Assembly: GCA_964391185.1 (NCBI GenBank)
Contig: CAYMIX010000002.1
Location: 90,968 to 154,967 of the forward strand
Origin: an uncultured Candidatus Peribacteria bacterium
Lineage (GTDB): Bacteria; Patescibacteriota; Gracilibacteria; Peribacterales; Peribacteraceae
Reading direction: 5' to 3'
DNA: 64,000 bases
Shown: positions 31,354-39,332 of the stretch, in pieces
Layout: the number at the start of each line of letters is the position of its first letter
Numbering within the stretch: the first letter of the stretch is position 1
Position numbers and translations under genes: made by a program
The notes under the pieces: generated by a model
Told to the model about the DNA's origin: nothing
Database searches by the model: none
Seen by the model: only the letters and a program-made list of their open reading frames with translations

Positions 31354-32720
31354 CTATAGCCGTAGTTGGTACCGGGTACGTTGGGCTCGTAAGCGCCGCA
31401 TGTTTCGCGGAGCTTGGGCACACGGTGTGGGGCGTGGATATCGACCCGGCAAAAGTTGCGATGCTTAAGGAAGGAAAAAGCCCGATCTACGAACCGGGAC
31501 TCGAAGAACTTCTGAAGCAGGGCCTCGCAAGTGGACGACTTATTTTCACGACTGATTTAAAAGAAGCACTTCCACATGTATCCATCCTCTTCTCCGCTGT
31601 TGCGACTCCACAGGGTGAAGATCACAAAGCCGACCTGCGTGCGATTTTTGCGGTGGCAGAAACTGTCGCATCGTATGCAGAAAAACCTTTACTCTTCGTC
31701 AATAAATCGACTGTTCCTGTTGGAACAGGAGAGAAGTGCGAAGATCGCATCAACGCAAAACTGAAAGAACGTGGAAAAGATTTCCATATCACTGTGGTCA
31801 GTAACCCCGAATTCCTCCGTGAAGGAATGGCGGTGCCAGACACGATGATGCCGGAGAGGATTGTGGTTGGAATCAATGGGAGAAATCAGAAGAATCAGAA
31901 GAATGAAGGCTCCTCTGATTCTTCTGATTCCTTTGACTCCTCTGAATCCTTAATGGAGGAACTGTATCGCCCCATCACCCGCGTCGGTAAGCCTTTGATT
32001 TTTATGTCCCGCGAGAGTGCGGAGATCGTGAAGTACGCAGCGAATGCATTCCTCGCGACGAAGATCAGCTTTATCAACATGCTCACAGAGCTTGCGGAAA
32101 AGACTGGTGGAAATATTCGCGACATCGCCACAGGTCTTGGATTAGACAGTCGCATCGGACCACGATTCCTCCATGCTGGAATTGGTTACGGTGGAAGTTG
32201 CTTTCCTAAGGATGTGAAAGCTCTGATGGCGACGGCAAAGGAATACAACGTGCCGATGCCGATAGTAGAAGCAGTTGATGCAGTGAACGATTATCAGAGG
32301 AAGCGATTCATCGAATTGATTCTGAAAAATCTCCCAGCGAATTCAGCGGTTGCAGTCTGGGGTCTCGCATTTAAACCAAAGACCGATGATATGCGCGAAG
32401 CTCCGAGTATTGATGTGATCCACGCACTTATTGGCGCAGGCCATACCGTGAAAGCGTATGACCCAGCAGCGATGGAACGTGCGAAACCACTGATGCCACC
32501 AAACCTCGTGTATACCCCTTCTGCAATGGAAGCGATCCCAGGAGCGGATGCATTGATCGTGGTAACAGAGTGGGATGAGTTCCGAGGAGCAGACTTAAAA
32601 GCTATCAAACAATCGATGCGCGGTGACCTCCTTTTTGATGGTCGTAATATCTATGAGCCAGCTGAAGTAAAAGAAGCTGGTTTGCGATACTATGGCATCG
32701 GTATTTCCTCTCAATTATGA
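31350..32720 (+). CDS. ugd: UDP-glucose 6-dehydrogenase
   Basis: MTIAVVGTGYVGLVSAACFAELGH..GGSCFPKDV. Confidence 0.9.
   Translation: MTIAVVGTGYVGLVSAACFAELGHTVWGVDIDPAKVAMLKEGKSPIYEPGLEELLKQGLASGRLIFTTDLKEALPHVSILFSAVATPQGEDHKADLRAIFAVAETVASYAEKPLLFVNKSTVPVGTGEKCEDRINAKLKERGKDFHITVVSNPEFLREGMAVPDTMMPERIVVGINGRNQKNQKNEGSSDSSDSFDSSESLMEELYRPITRVGKPLIFMSRESAEIVKYAANAFLATKISFINMLTELAEKTGGNIRDIATGLGLDSRIGPRFLHAGIGYGGSCFPKDVKALMATAKEYNVPMPIVEAVDAVNDYQRKRFIELILKNLPANSAVAVWGLAFKPKTDDMREAPSIDVIHALIGAGHTVKAYDPAAMERAKPLMPPNLVYTPSAMEAIPGADALIVVTEWDEFRGADLKAIKQSMRGDLLFDGRNIYEPAEVKEAGLRYYGIGISSQL
31880..31950 (+). repeat. family D hairpin repeat inserted in frame in ugd
   Basis: AATCAGAAGAATCAGAAGAAT..GATTCTTCTGATTC (13-bp stem). 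Encodes GRNQKNQKNEGSSDSSDSFDSSES. Confidence 0.75.
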
Positions 32721-33679
32721 AAGTTCTCCTCACTGGTGCTGCAGGATTCATCGGCTTTCACACTGCCAAGCGTTTGCTTGAGCGTGGTGATACGGTGATC
32801 GGATTTGATAACCTGAACCCTTACTACGACCCAAAACTTAAAGAAAAGCGTTTGGAGATGCTCAAGGAAATCCCGGGATTTACGTTCATCAAAGGAGATC
32901 TGAAAAACATGGAGGATCTTGAAAAGGCATTTGCATTACTTGGAGGCGGCGACGATACACGTGTGTGCCACTTAGCCGCACAAGCGGGCATCCGCCACAG
33001 CATCGACCATCCAGAAATCTTCGTGGCAGATAACATCGATGGAACGAACTTTGTGTTGGAATGCTGCCGCAAGTACAAAGTCGGAGGATTTATTTATGCT
33101 TCGACAAGCGCCGTCTATGGCGATAACAAAGAGTCCCCTTTCAGTGAAGAACATAAGACGGACCTCCCGATCAGCTTGTACGGTATGAGCAAGAAAGCGA
33201 ATGAACTCCAGGCATATTGCTATCACCGCTTGTTCGGTCTCAAGTGCACTGGGCTCCGATTCTTCACCGTCTATGGACCATGGGGACGCCCAGATATGGC
33301 GCTGTTCCTCTTTACGAGCTGGGCACTCAAAGATGAGCCAATGCAGATCTTCGGGCAGGGCAAAATGAAGCGCGACTTCACGTACGTGGATGACATTGTT
33401 TCGGGCATCGTCGCTTCGCTCGATAAAAACTATGACTATGAAATCTTCAACCTGGGAGGTGGAAAAACAGAAGAATTAATGAGCTATGTTTCTGCCGTCG
33501 AACAAGCTGTCGGAAAGGAAGCGAAGAAGGAATATCTCCCGATGCAGCAGGGTGACGTCGTGGCTACATCAGCAGATATTTCGAAGGCTCAGAAGATGCT
33601 TGGCTACGACCCAAAGACGCATATCTCAGAAGGTGTGCCGAAATTCGTGCAGTGGTATAGGGAGTATTATGGGTTGTAG
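32717..33679 (+). CDS. UDP-glucuronate 4-epimerase (SDR)
   Basis: MKVLLTGAAGFIGFHTAKRLLERGDTVIGFDNLNPYYDPKLKEKRL..YGMSKKANE. ATGA overlap with the ugd stop. Confidence 0.8.
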   Translation: MKVLLTGAAGFIGFHTAKRLLERGDTVIGFDNLNPYYDPKLKEKRLEMLKEIPGFTFIKGDLKNMEDLEKAFALLGGGDDTRVCHLAAQAGIRHSIDHPEIFVADNIDGTNFVLECCRKYKVGGFIYASTSAVYGDNKESPFSEEHKTDLPISLYGMSKKANELQAYCYHRLFGLKCTGLRFFTVYGPWGRPDMALFLFTSWALKDEPMQIFGQGKMKRDFTYVDDIVSGIVASLDKNYDYEIFNLGGGKTEELMSYVSAVEQAVGKEAKKEYLPMQQGDVVATSADISKAQKMLGYDPKTHISEGVPKFVQWYREYYGL

Positions 33680-33718
33680 GATTCAGAAGATGCAGACGAT
33701 TCAGAAGAATCAGAGGAA
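33680..33718. repeat. family D repeat (intergenic copy)
   Basis: GATTCAGAAGATGCAGACGATTCAGAAGAATCAGAGGAAC. Confidence 0.7.
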
Positions 33719-33743
33719 CCGGGCTTTTCTTCATTCTATAACA

Positions 33744-33771
33744 TTGACCGGGGAGCAGTTTTTCGCATAAT
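33744..33771 (+). promoter_or_regulatory. sigma70-like promoter TTGACC-N16-CATAAT
   Basis: Read directly. GGAGG SD lies 7 nt before ATG 33813. Confidence 0.45.
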
Positions 33772-33812
33772 GCAGCGGCGAACCGTTCTTTCCCGAAACC
33801 ACGGAGGCGCTG

Positions 33813-34700
33813 ATGAATCACGAGCAATTAACGAAGAGGCTGAAGCTGCTGATGGGAGTGATGGGATTGGCCTGCGGAATCATGTGCAGGTCGTTCCACA
33901 TGTCACCGGTTGAAGCCGTCCTGACGACGCTGACGACCGCAGCCGCAATATTCGCATGGCTGCTCACCCAGTGTCCGAAGCAGCGACGACGCTACGTCGC
34001 AATCAGGATCCTCGCGATCCTGGTCACCTTCCTCGTTTTCAGCCTTGCAGGGTATGCAATCTACCCTGCTCTGAACACGCGTTCGCACAAGGCCGACCCC
34101 GTCGCGGGTCGGCCGGTTTTAAGCAACTCGAAAGAACCCCCTTCACAGCATCATGCTATGAAGGGAGCGAATACTGCTCAACAGAATCCTTTCTGTTGTG
34201 TCTTGAAAGAGTCAGCGGCTGCTGTAGTGCGGGTCCGGGAAGTAGTGGACCAGCCAGATCACTGCGGGCAACGTCGACACAGCGGATGCCCAGAAGATCA
34301 TCCTGGGCACCAGACTATCTTCGACCATCTGCTGTCGGGCCAAGGCCTCTGCCACCATTCCGAGAAGTGGCAGGATGACCCACACCAAGCAACACATGAT
34401 CCGGCGCCAGAAGAACGCCTCCTTCGTACATCCCCGCTTTTGCCTTGTGGCCCCCATCAATCTATTAATGACAGAGGACCCAAAGTTCTCGGCTGGGGGT
34501 GCGCCTGGGATGATAATCGTCGGACCCCAGGTGCTGGTTTCATTGGCCAGCTGTGCCCTCTTCCTCAAGGCATTGCGGTAGCGCCGAAGCGCGACCACAA
34601 AGCCGCAGACACAGAGAACAACCGCCAGCGCCGCAAGAATCAAGAGACCGTTCGACATGACCAACTCCAGAAAGGGTTTGCCCCGAAGGGCTGGAAATGA
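33813..34700 (+). CDS. hypothetical 3-TM membrane protein; 3' end uncertain (~58% GC islet)
   Basis: The N-terminal ~95 aa are convincing (3 TM, promoter, SD). The distal 150 codons are H/Q/D/P-rich and fully antisense to ORF 34212..34658. Confidence 0.4.
   Translation: MNHEQLTKRLKLLMGVMGLACGIMCRSFHMSPVEAVLTTLTTAAAIFAWLLTQCPKQRRRYVAIRILAILVTFLVFSLAGYAIYPALNTRSHKADPVAGRPVLSNSKEPPSQHHAMKGANTAQQNPFCCVLKESAAAVVRVREVVDQPDHCGQRRHSGCPEDHPGHQTIFDHLLSGQGLCHHSEKWQDDPHQATHDPAPEERLLRTSPLLPCGPHQSINDRGPKVLGWGCAWDDNRRTPGAGFIGQLCPLPQGIAVAPKRDHKAADTENNRQRRKNQETVRHDQLQKGFAPKGWK
34091..34120 (+). terminator. terminator-like hairpin inside the open reading frame
   Basis: GGCCGACCC-cgtcgc-GGGTCGGCC followed by GGTTTTAA. 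Confidence 0.35.
34212..34658 (-). CDS. hypothetical 3-TM membrane protein (148 aa)
   Basis: ATG 34658 with GGAG 7 nt upstream. TM segments LLILAALAVVLCVCGFVVAL, IMCCLVWVILPLLGMVAEAL and IFWASAVSTLPAVIWLV. Confidence 0.5.
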   Translation of the reverse strand: MSNGLLILAALAVVLCVCGFVVALRRYRNALRKRAQLANETSTWGPTIIIPGAPPAENFGSSVINRLMGATRQKRGCTKEAFFWRRIMCCLVWVILPLLGMVAEALARQQMVEDSLVPRMIFWASAVSTLPAVIWLVHYFPDPHYSSR

Positions 34701-34785
34701 GCAGATAATAGGTAGTATATAGACTATTGCTAAATTATCAATACTATGTTATTATAATAACAACAAACATCCTTCCCCCCTTACT

Positions 34786-35016
34786 ATGGCTACTAAGCCA
34801 CAGTCCCGGTACCAGCGCCTTGTCGCAGGATTTGCCGCTTCCGCCTTCGCTCTGCTCACGATGTTGAGCATCCAGCAGCACGAGGCAAATACTGTTACTG
34901 CAGAAGTGGTTCGCCACCCTGCTGTGATGACGAACTACCGTAATGGCTGTCTCGTTATCAAGAATAAGAACCAGCGCTTGGTGACGAATAACTATCGTTT
35001 CTGTAAGACGAAGTAA
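34786..35016 (+). CDS. hypothetical 76-aa signal-anchored protein
   Basis: LVAGFAASAFALLTML hydrophobic N-terminus, 2 Cys. TATAAT at 34753-34758. Confidence 0.45.
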   Translation: MATKPQSRYQRLVAGFAASAFALLTMLSIQQHEANTVTAEVVRHPAVMTNYRNGCLVIKNKNQRLVTNNYRFCKTK

Positions 35017-35045
35017 TCCGGCTTCGCCTACGGGCTACGCCGCGA

Positions 35046-36263
35046 CTACTTTCTAACCCAGACTTCAAACGGCAGGCCCTGAAGTAACACAAAGTGTGTA
35101 CTTCGGGGCAGGCCGGCAATGGATTCCCATCCGGCTTGCTGCTCTAGTTCCTTACAGGACTGGAGACAAACAACTGCCCTCGCAGTATCAAGATAATCCA
35201 TAACAAACCTCCGCACCGGGGTTTTACTCGCGTGCTGCCACTCATGACCAAAAGAACCATTGATCAAGAGTTCGCCCGAGCCCGATTGTTCATCGATAGT
35301 CTTCATCACAGACGAAGCAAGAGACGGTGCGTATTGTGGCGGACGCAATCCCGTCATCATTAAGATGGTGATAAACGGTACGCCGAGAACAATTGCTGCA
35401 CGGATAGTTGGACGACTTTTGAGAACAGGGAACATTCCCGCGATAAAGAGCGGCGTGAACAGTATCGCGTAGTAGTCGTAGCGAGAAAGGAAGATGTACG
35501 CGCCAACAAGGACAAAACTTCCGAGCAACCCAAATGTTGGTTTGCGTAGCAATCCAATGGTTCCAAAAAGACTCAGGACAATGCTGCCACCGAGCGCCCA
35601 TACCCATCCTGTCTCCGCGATACGCTGGATCAATGTCTGGGAGACATCTTTATCAGCGTGCATAAACATACTCGCAGCTGCGAGTGGATTTGTTAGTGTA
35701 TACAGCGCGAGCAATAAGACTGGGACGATGCAGATAGTCAGCGCTTGTGATTTGCTAATAGAAGACCGCCAGAGAAGCGATAGGACTAGCGGACCAAATA
35801 GTACGGCCTGGTACGCCGTGAAGAGGCTGGCGAGCCATAGGAGGCCAATGAGCCATGCGTGTGTGGCGTCGTCTTTGTGCTTGAGGAACAACCAGACGAA
35901 TACGAGCATCTGGAGCGCGGTCAGTGGTGCCATCATGACTGTACCTGCGGCGTAGATAACCGATGCAGAGAAAAGCCAACCGAACGCCAAGGACAATCGT
36001 GAGAGCAACGGATAGTTCCGCGCAGCATCCAGAATCAGCCACACTGCCTGGATGAGTAACGTTGCGAGGACGATGCGCCAGAATATTTCCTGATACTGCC
36101 AGCCATCAAGCAAACTCAGAATCCACCGTGCAAGTGGTGGATGTGGATAGGGAATATCCAAAAGATATTTTGCTTCATCCGTGCGAACCCCAAGATACGT
36201 CTGCCATCCAGCGAGGATGAACGCGTAGACTTGCAGGCCGATGATCGCTTTTAGTCGGCGCAT
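35046..36263 (-). CDS. GT-C fold glycosyltransferase (family 39 / ArnT-PMT-like) membrane protein
   Basis: Early DEAKYLLDIPYPHPPL loop motif and >=10 TM. 13-bp overlap with the upstream GT2. Confidence 0.6.
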   Translation of the reverse strand: MRRLKAIIGLQVYAFILAGWQTYLGVRTDEAKYLLDIPYPHPPLARWILSLLDGWQYQEIFWRIVLATLLIQAVWLILDAARNYPLLSRLSLAFGWLFSASVIYAAGTVMMAPLTALQMLVFVWLFLKHKDDATHAWLIGLLWLASLFTAYQAVLFGPLVLSLLWRSSISKSQALTICIVPVLLLALYTLTNPLAAASMFMHADKDVSQTLIQRIAETGWVWALGGSIVLSLFGTIGLLRKPTFGLLGSFVLVGAYIFLSRYDYYAILFTPLFIAGMFPVLKSRPTIRAAIVLGVPFITILMMTGLRPPQYAPSLASSVMKTIDEQSGSGELLINGSFGHEWQHASKTPVRRFVMDYLDTARAVVCLQSCKELEQQAGWESIAGLPRSTHFVLLQGLPFEVWVRK

Positions 36264-37219
36264 GGGATTGGTTTAGAATTTCCAAAAAGCCATTCGTAAC
36301 AAGTTTCTTCATCATTACCACGATGATGCTGACGATGCATAAATGTGAATCCTTCTTTTGTAACAGACTCCAGAGACATATCGGAAATTAGCCAACCTTG
36401 TTCAGTTTCTAATTGCTTGAGTGATTCCTGAATGCGCGCATAATCGTTGATTAACGGAAATAGTAAGAACGCTTTTGCTCCAAGAACGATAAAAAGAAAG
36501 AGGACGACAGCAAAAAATAATACCTTCTGAACCCGATGCAGGGCGATACGAATCAACTGCCACAAAAGTTGGAATGTAACCTTAGCTGAAAGTTTGCTCT
36601 CGCCATGTTTGCGCATGTGGAAGTGCAGAGGAACTTCTGCAGTCTTGGCATTTTTCGGAAGATGCGCGAGGACTTCGAGAAGAATTTTGAACCCCGTTGG
36701 ACGCAGTTTCGTCGCGATCTTTTTGTACACATCTGCTTTGATCGCGAAGAATCCACTCATCGGATCACTCACTTCTACTGAAGGTAATTTACGAGAAAAG
36801 AACGTTGCCACTTGGCTGCCGATACGACGACTACCTTCCCACTCTCCCACACTTCCCCCTTCGATGTAACGCGATGCAACGGCAATGTCTGCACCCTCTT
36901 CGATTTTGTCTGCGAGCTGTGTAATGAGGATAGGATCGTGCTGAAGATCTGCATCCATGACTATTAGTGTTGTACCTTTGGCCATATTGAAACCTTCGAC
37001 GACAGCAGATGAAAGGCCACGTCGACCGACGCGTCGGAGGACCCGGAGCATGTGATAATCGGCCATCATCGCCTCGGCCTTTTCCCAGGTTTTATCCGGT
37101 GAATCATCATCAACAATAATTACTTCGAAAGGCCGTTTACCCATCACTTCCGTAATACGCTTAAGGAGTTCATTGAGATTCGCCGATTCGTTATATGTAG
37201 GGAGGATAATGGATAACAC
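36251..37219 (-). CDS. GT2 polyprenol-phosphate hexose synthase (Dpm1/Ppm1-like) with C-terminal TM extension
   Basis: LSIILPTYNESANL..FEVIIVDDDSPDKT..MDADLQHDP. GTG 37219 preceded by CATAAT-N6. Confidence 0.8.
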   Translation of the reverse strand: MLSIILPTYNESANLNELLKRITEVMGKRPFEVIIVDDDSPDKTWEKAEAMMADYHMLRVLRRVGRRGLSSAVVEGFNMAKGTTLIVMDADLQHDPILITQLADKIEEGADIAVASRYIEGGSVGEWEGSRRIGSQVATFFSRKLPSVEVSDPMSGFFAIKADVYKKIATKLRPTGFKILLEVLAHLPKNAKTAEVPLHFHMRKHGESKLSAKVTFQLLWQLIRIALHRVQKVLFFAVVLFLFIVLGAKAFLLFPLINDYARIQESLKQLETEQGWLISDMSLESVTKEGFTFMHRQHHRGNDEETCYEWLFGNSKPIPCAD

Positions 37220-37223
37220 GGTC

Positions 37224-37300
37224 GAATTATGAAGTATGAATCAAGAATTATGAAGCTAAAGCGGAAATCCCGTAATTCACACTTCATAATTCGTAATTCT
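37224..37300. repeat. family G repeat cluster in a divergent intergenic region
   Basis: GAATTATGAAG at 37224 and 37245. Inverted copy CTTCATAATTC at 37282. CGTAATTC occurs twice. Confidence 0.75.
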
Positions 37301-37327
37301 CGGTTCACTGCTACAATCCACCGCACA

Positions 37328-38242
37328 ATGAAGATTTTGGTTACAGGCAGCTCCGGCACCATAGGAACCCGCCTCTGCGAGAAGCTTCTCGAACGTGGCG
37401 ATGAGGTCATGGGCGTCGACTGGGTACCGAACAAATGGCAGCCATCAGTACAAAAAGTGACGACAATCGTCGACCTCCGTGATGCACAGGCCCTAGAAGC
37501 TGAAAGCCAAAAGCTGAAAGCTGACGTATGTATTCACCTCGCAGCCAACGCCCGCGTGTACGAACTCGTCGAACATCCAGAGAGGGCGCTCGATAACTTC
37601 ATCACGCTTTTTAACACACTCGAGTTCTGCCGGAAGAACAATATCAAGAAGTTCATGTTCGCTTCGTCGCGCGAGAGTTACGGCAATATCAAAGCTGAGA
37701 AATATCGTGAAGATATGGTGCGCGTAGAGAATTGCGAAAGCCCTTACACCGCAAGTAAAGTCGGAGGAGAAGCTTTGGTCGAGGCTTACAGACGTTGCTA
37801 CGGAATTGATCAGATCACATTCCGGTTCTCCAATGTGTACGGCGCCTACGATGATTCCGAGCGCGTGGTCCCACTCTTCTTCCGCAAAGCTCGTGCAAAT
37901 GAATCGATGCATATCTTCGGGAAAGAAAAGTGCTTGGACTTCACATACATCGATGACTGCGTGGGTGGAATCATGGCTGCTTTTGATCACTTCGATACCG
38001 CAAAAAATGATACGTACAACTTGGCTTTCGGCGAAGGAACAACAGTGGTACGCCTCGCTGAACGCATCAAAGAACTTCTTGGAAGCACGTCAGAATTCAC
38101 TTACGGAGAAGCTCGCACAGGTGAAGTAACGCGCTACATCGCGGACATTTCCAAGGCCAAGAAGGCATTCGGTTACAACCCACAGTATTCGTTCGATCAA
38201 GGAATCGAAGCGGCTGTGGAGTGGTATAAGGCGAATACGTGA
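37328..38242 (+). CDS. NAD-dependent epimerase/dehydratase (SDR)
   Basis: MKILVTGSSGTIGTRLCEKLLERGDEV..YTASKVGGE. Confidence 0.8.
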   Translation: MKILVTGSSGTIGTRLCEKLLERGDEVMGVDWVPNKWQPSVQKVTTIVDLRDAQALEAESQKLKADVCIHLAANARVYELVEHPERALDNFITLFNTLEFCRKNNIKKFMFASSRESYGNIKAEKYREDMVRVENCESPYTASKVGGEALVEAYRRCYGIDQITFRFSNVYGAYDDSERVVPLFFRKARANESMHIFGKEKCLDFTYIDDCVGGIMAAFDHFDTAKNDTYNLAFGEGTTVVRLAERIKELLGSTSEFTYGEARTGEVTRYIADISKAKKAFGYNPQYSFDQGIEAAVEWYKANT

Positions 38243-38246
38243 CGCA

Positions 38247-38275
38247 TTGACATAAAAACATAAAATTATTAAAAT
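38247..38275 (+). promoter_or_regulatory. consensus promoter TTGACA-N17-TAAAAT ending 6 nt before ATG 38282
   Basis: Read directly. Best single example of the leaderless architecture. Confidence 0.6.
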
Positions 38276-38281
38276 GCAAAT

Positions 38282-38695
38282 ATGGTTCTCGGAATTTATC
38301 CCGAAAACGAAGGGCAGGAACAGATAAAAATTTGTAATCCGGATTCATTCGAGGGAGAAAAAACATACACGTTTGATCCCCCACTTGATATTGCAACGGT
38401 GTCATTTTTAAATGAACACTTCTGCGGTCATCCACCAAAGATGCAAAAACCAACATTTCTTGTGCAAGACATTCGCAAGGCAGGTCTGAAGGAAGGGAAA
38501 TTCATTGGCCTTGCGAAAACGAGCAATCCAAGAATACGAACTGGATCATTCGTCTGTACAATGGAATTTCGTAATCGCGCTACCGGGAACATGGAAACTA
38601 CACGATATGTTGCACTCGTAAAATTTTCCAGAGGTGCTGCTGAAGGCGTCACGATTAATGTACGCGAAAAAGTGGTAGATGCTCTTCACCCATAA
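38282..38695 (+). CDS. hypothetical protein (137 aa), AT-rich orphan
   Basis: No family recognised. Confidence 0.5.
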   Translation: MVLGIYPENEGQEQIKICNPDSFEGEKTYTFDPPLDIATVSFLNEHFCGHPPKMQKPTFLVQDIRKAGLKEGKFIGLAKTSNPRIRTGSFVCTMEFRNRATGNMETTRYVALVKFSRGAAEGVTINVREKVVDALHP

Positions 38696-38696
38696 T

Positions 38697-39254
38697 TTAC
38701 TTCACATACAACACCGCATCTCCTTTCACCTGCGTCGGTTTGATGCCAGGTATTTTGAACGAATGCGACACCACGCGTGTTCCTGGTTTGAGCTGAGGCC
38801 AGATAACTTCTTTAAAGAGTTTCATTTTTTGGATCAATAGATAACACACAATCACATCCGCATCGCTGAAATCTTTCTGCCAGAAATCTCCATAACGGAC
38901 TTCGACTGTTTTGTACCGACGCGCCTTCCACTTTGCGAGCAATAGAGTGGGAACAGAGAGTTCGTAGCCAACGGCAACTGCGCCTTTTTCTGCTGCAGCA
39001 ATAAGCAAACGCCCGTCACCGCATCCAAGATCGTAGACTGTATCACCGCGTTTGATGACTGCGAGCTCGATCATGTGATCGGCAGTTTTCTTGGAAGTGG
39101 GAACGAATGGCGGAGCGCCCTGCATCACCAAGCGAATAACCGGAAGACAGATGACGACAATGACTGCCCAGATAATCAAAATACCAATGTGCGACGGCCC
39201 AAGAGCAATCGCAAGAACAAGAGAAGCCATCAGTAGAACTGCTTCCAGGACCAT
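38697..39254 (-). CDS. membrane-anchored class I SAM-dependent methyltransferase
   Basis: Two N-terminal TM, then VYDLGCGDGRLLIAAAEKGA (motif I). Confidence 0.7.
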   Translation of the reverse strand: MVLEAVLLMASLVLAIALGPSHIGILIIWAVIVVICLPVIRLVMQGAPPFVPTSKKTADHMIELAVIKRGDTVYDLGCGDGRLLIAAAEKGAVAVGYELSVPTLLLAKWKARRYKTVEVRYGDFWQKDFSDADVIVCYLLIQKMKLFKEVIWPQLKPGTRVVSHSFKIPGIKPTQVKGDAVLYVK

Positions 39255-39332
39255 GCTCTAAATGTATCATGCTTTCTTTTCTTCGTGATACGCCATGGTT
39301 CGTCGGGCTCACCACAGGTTTTCAAGGAACTA

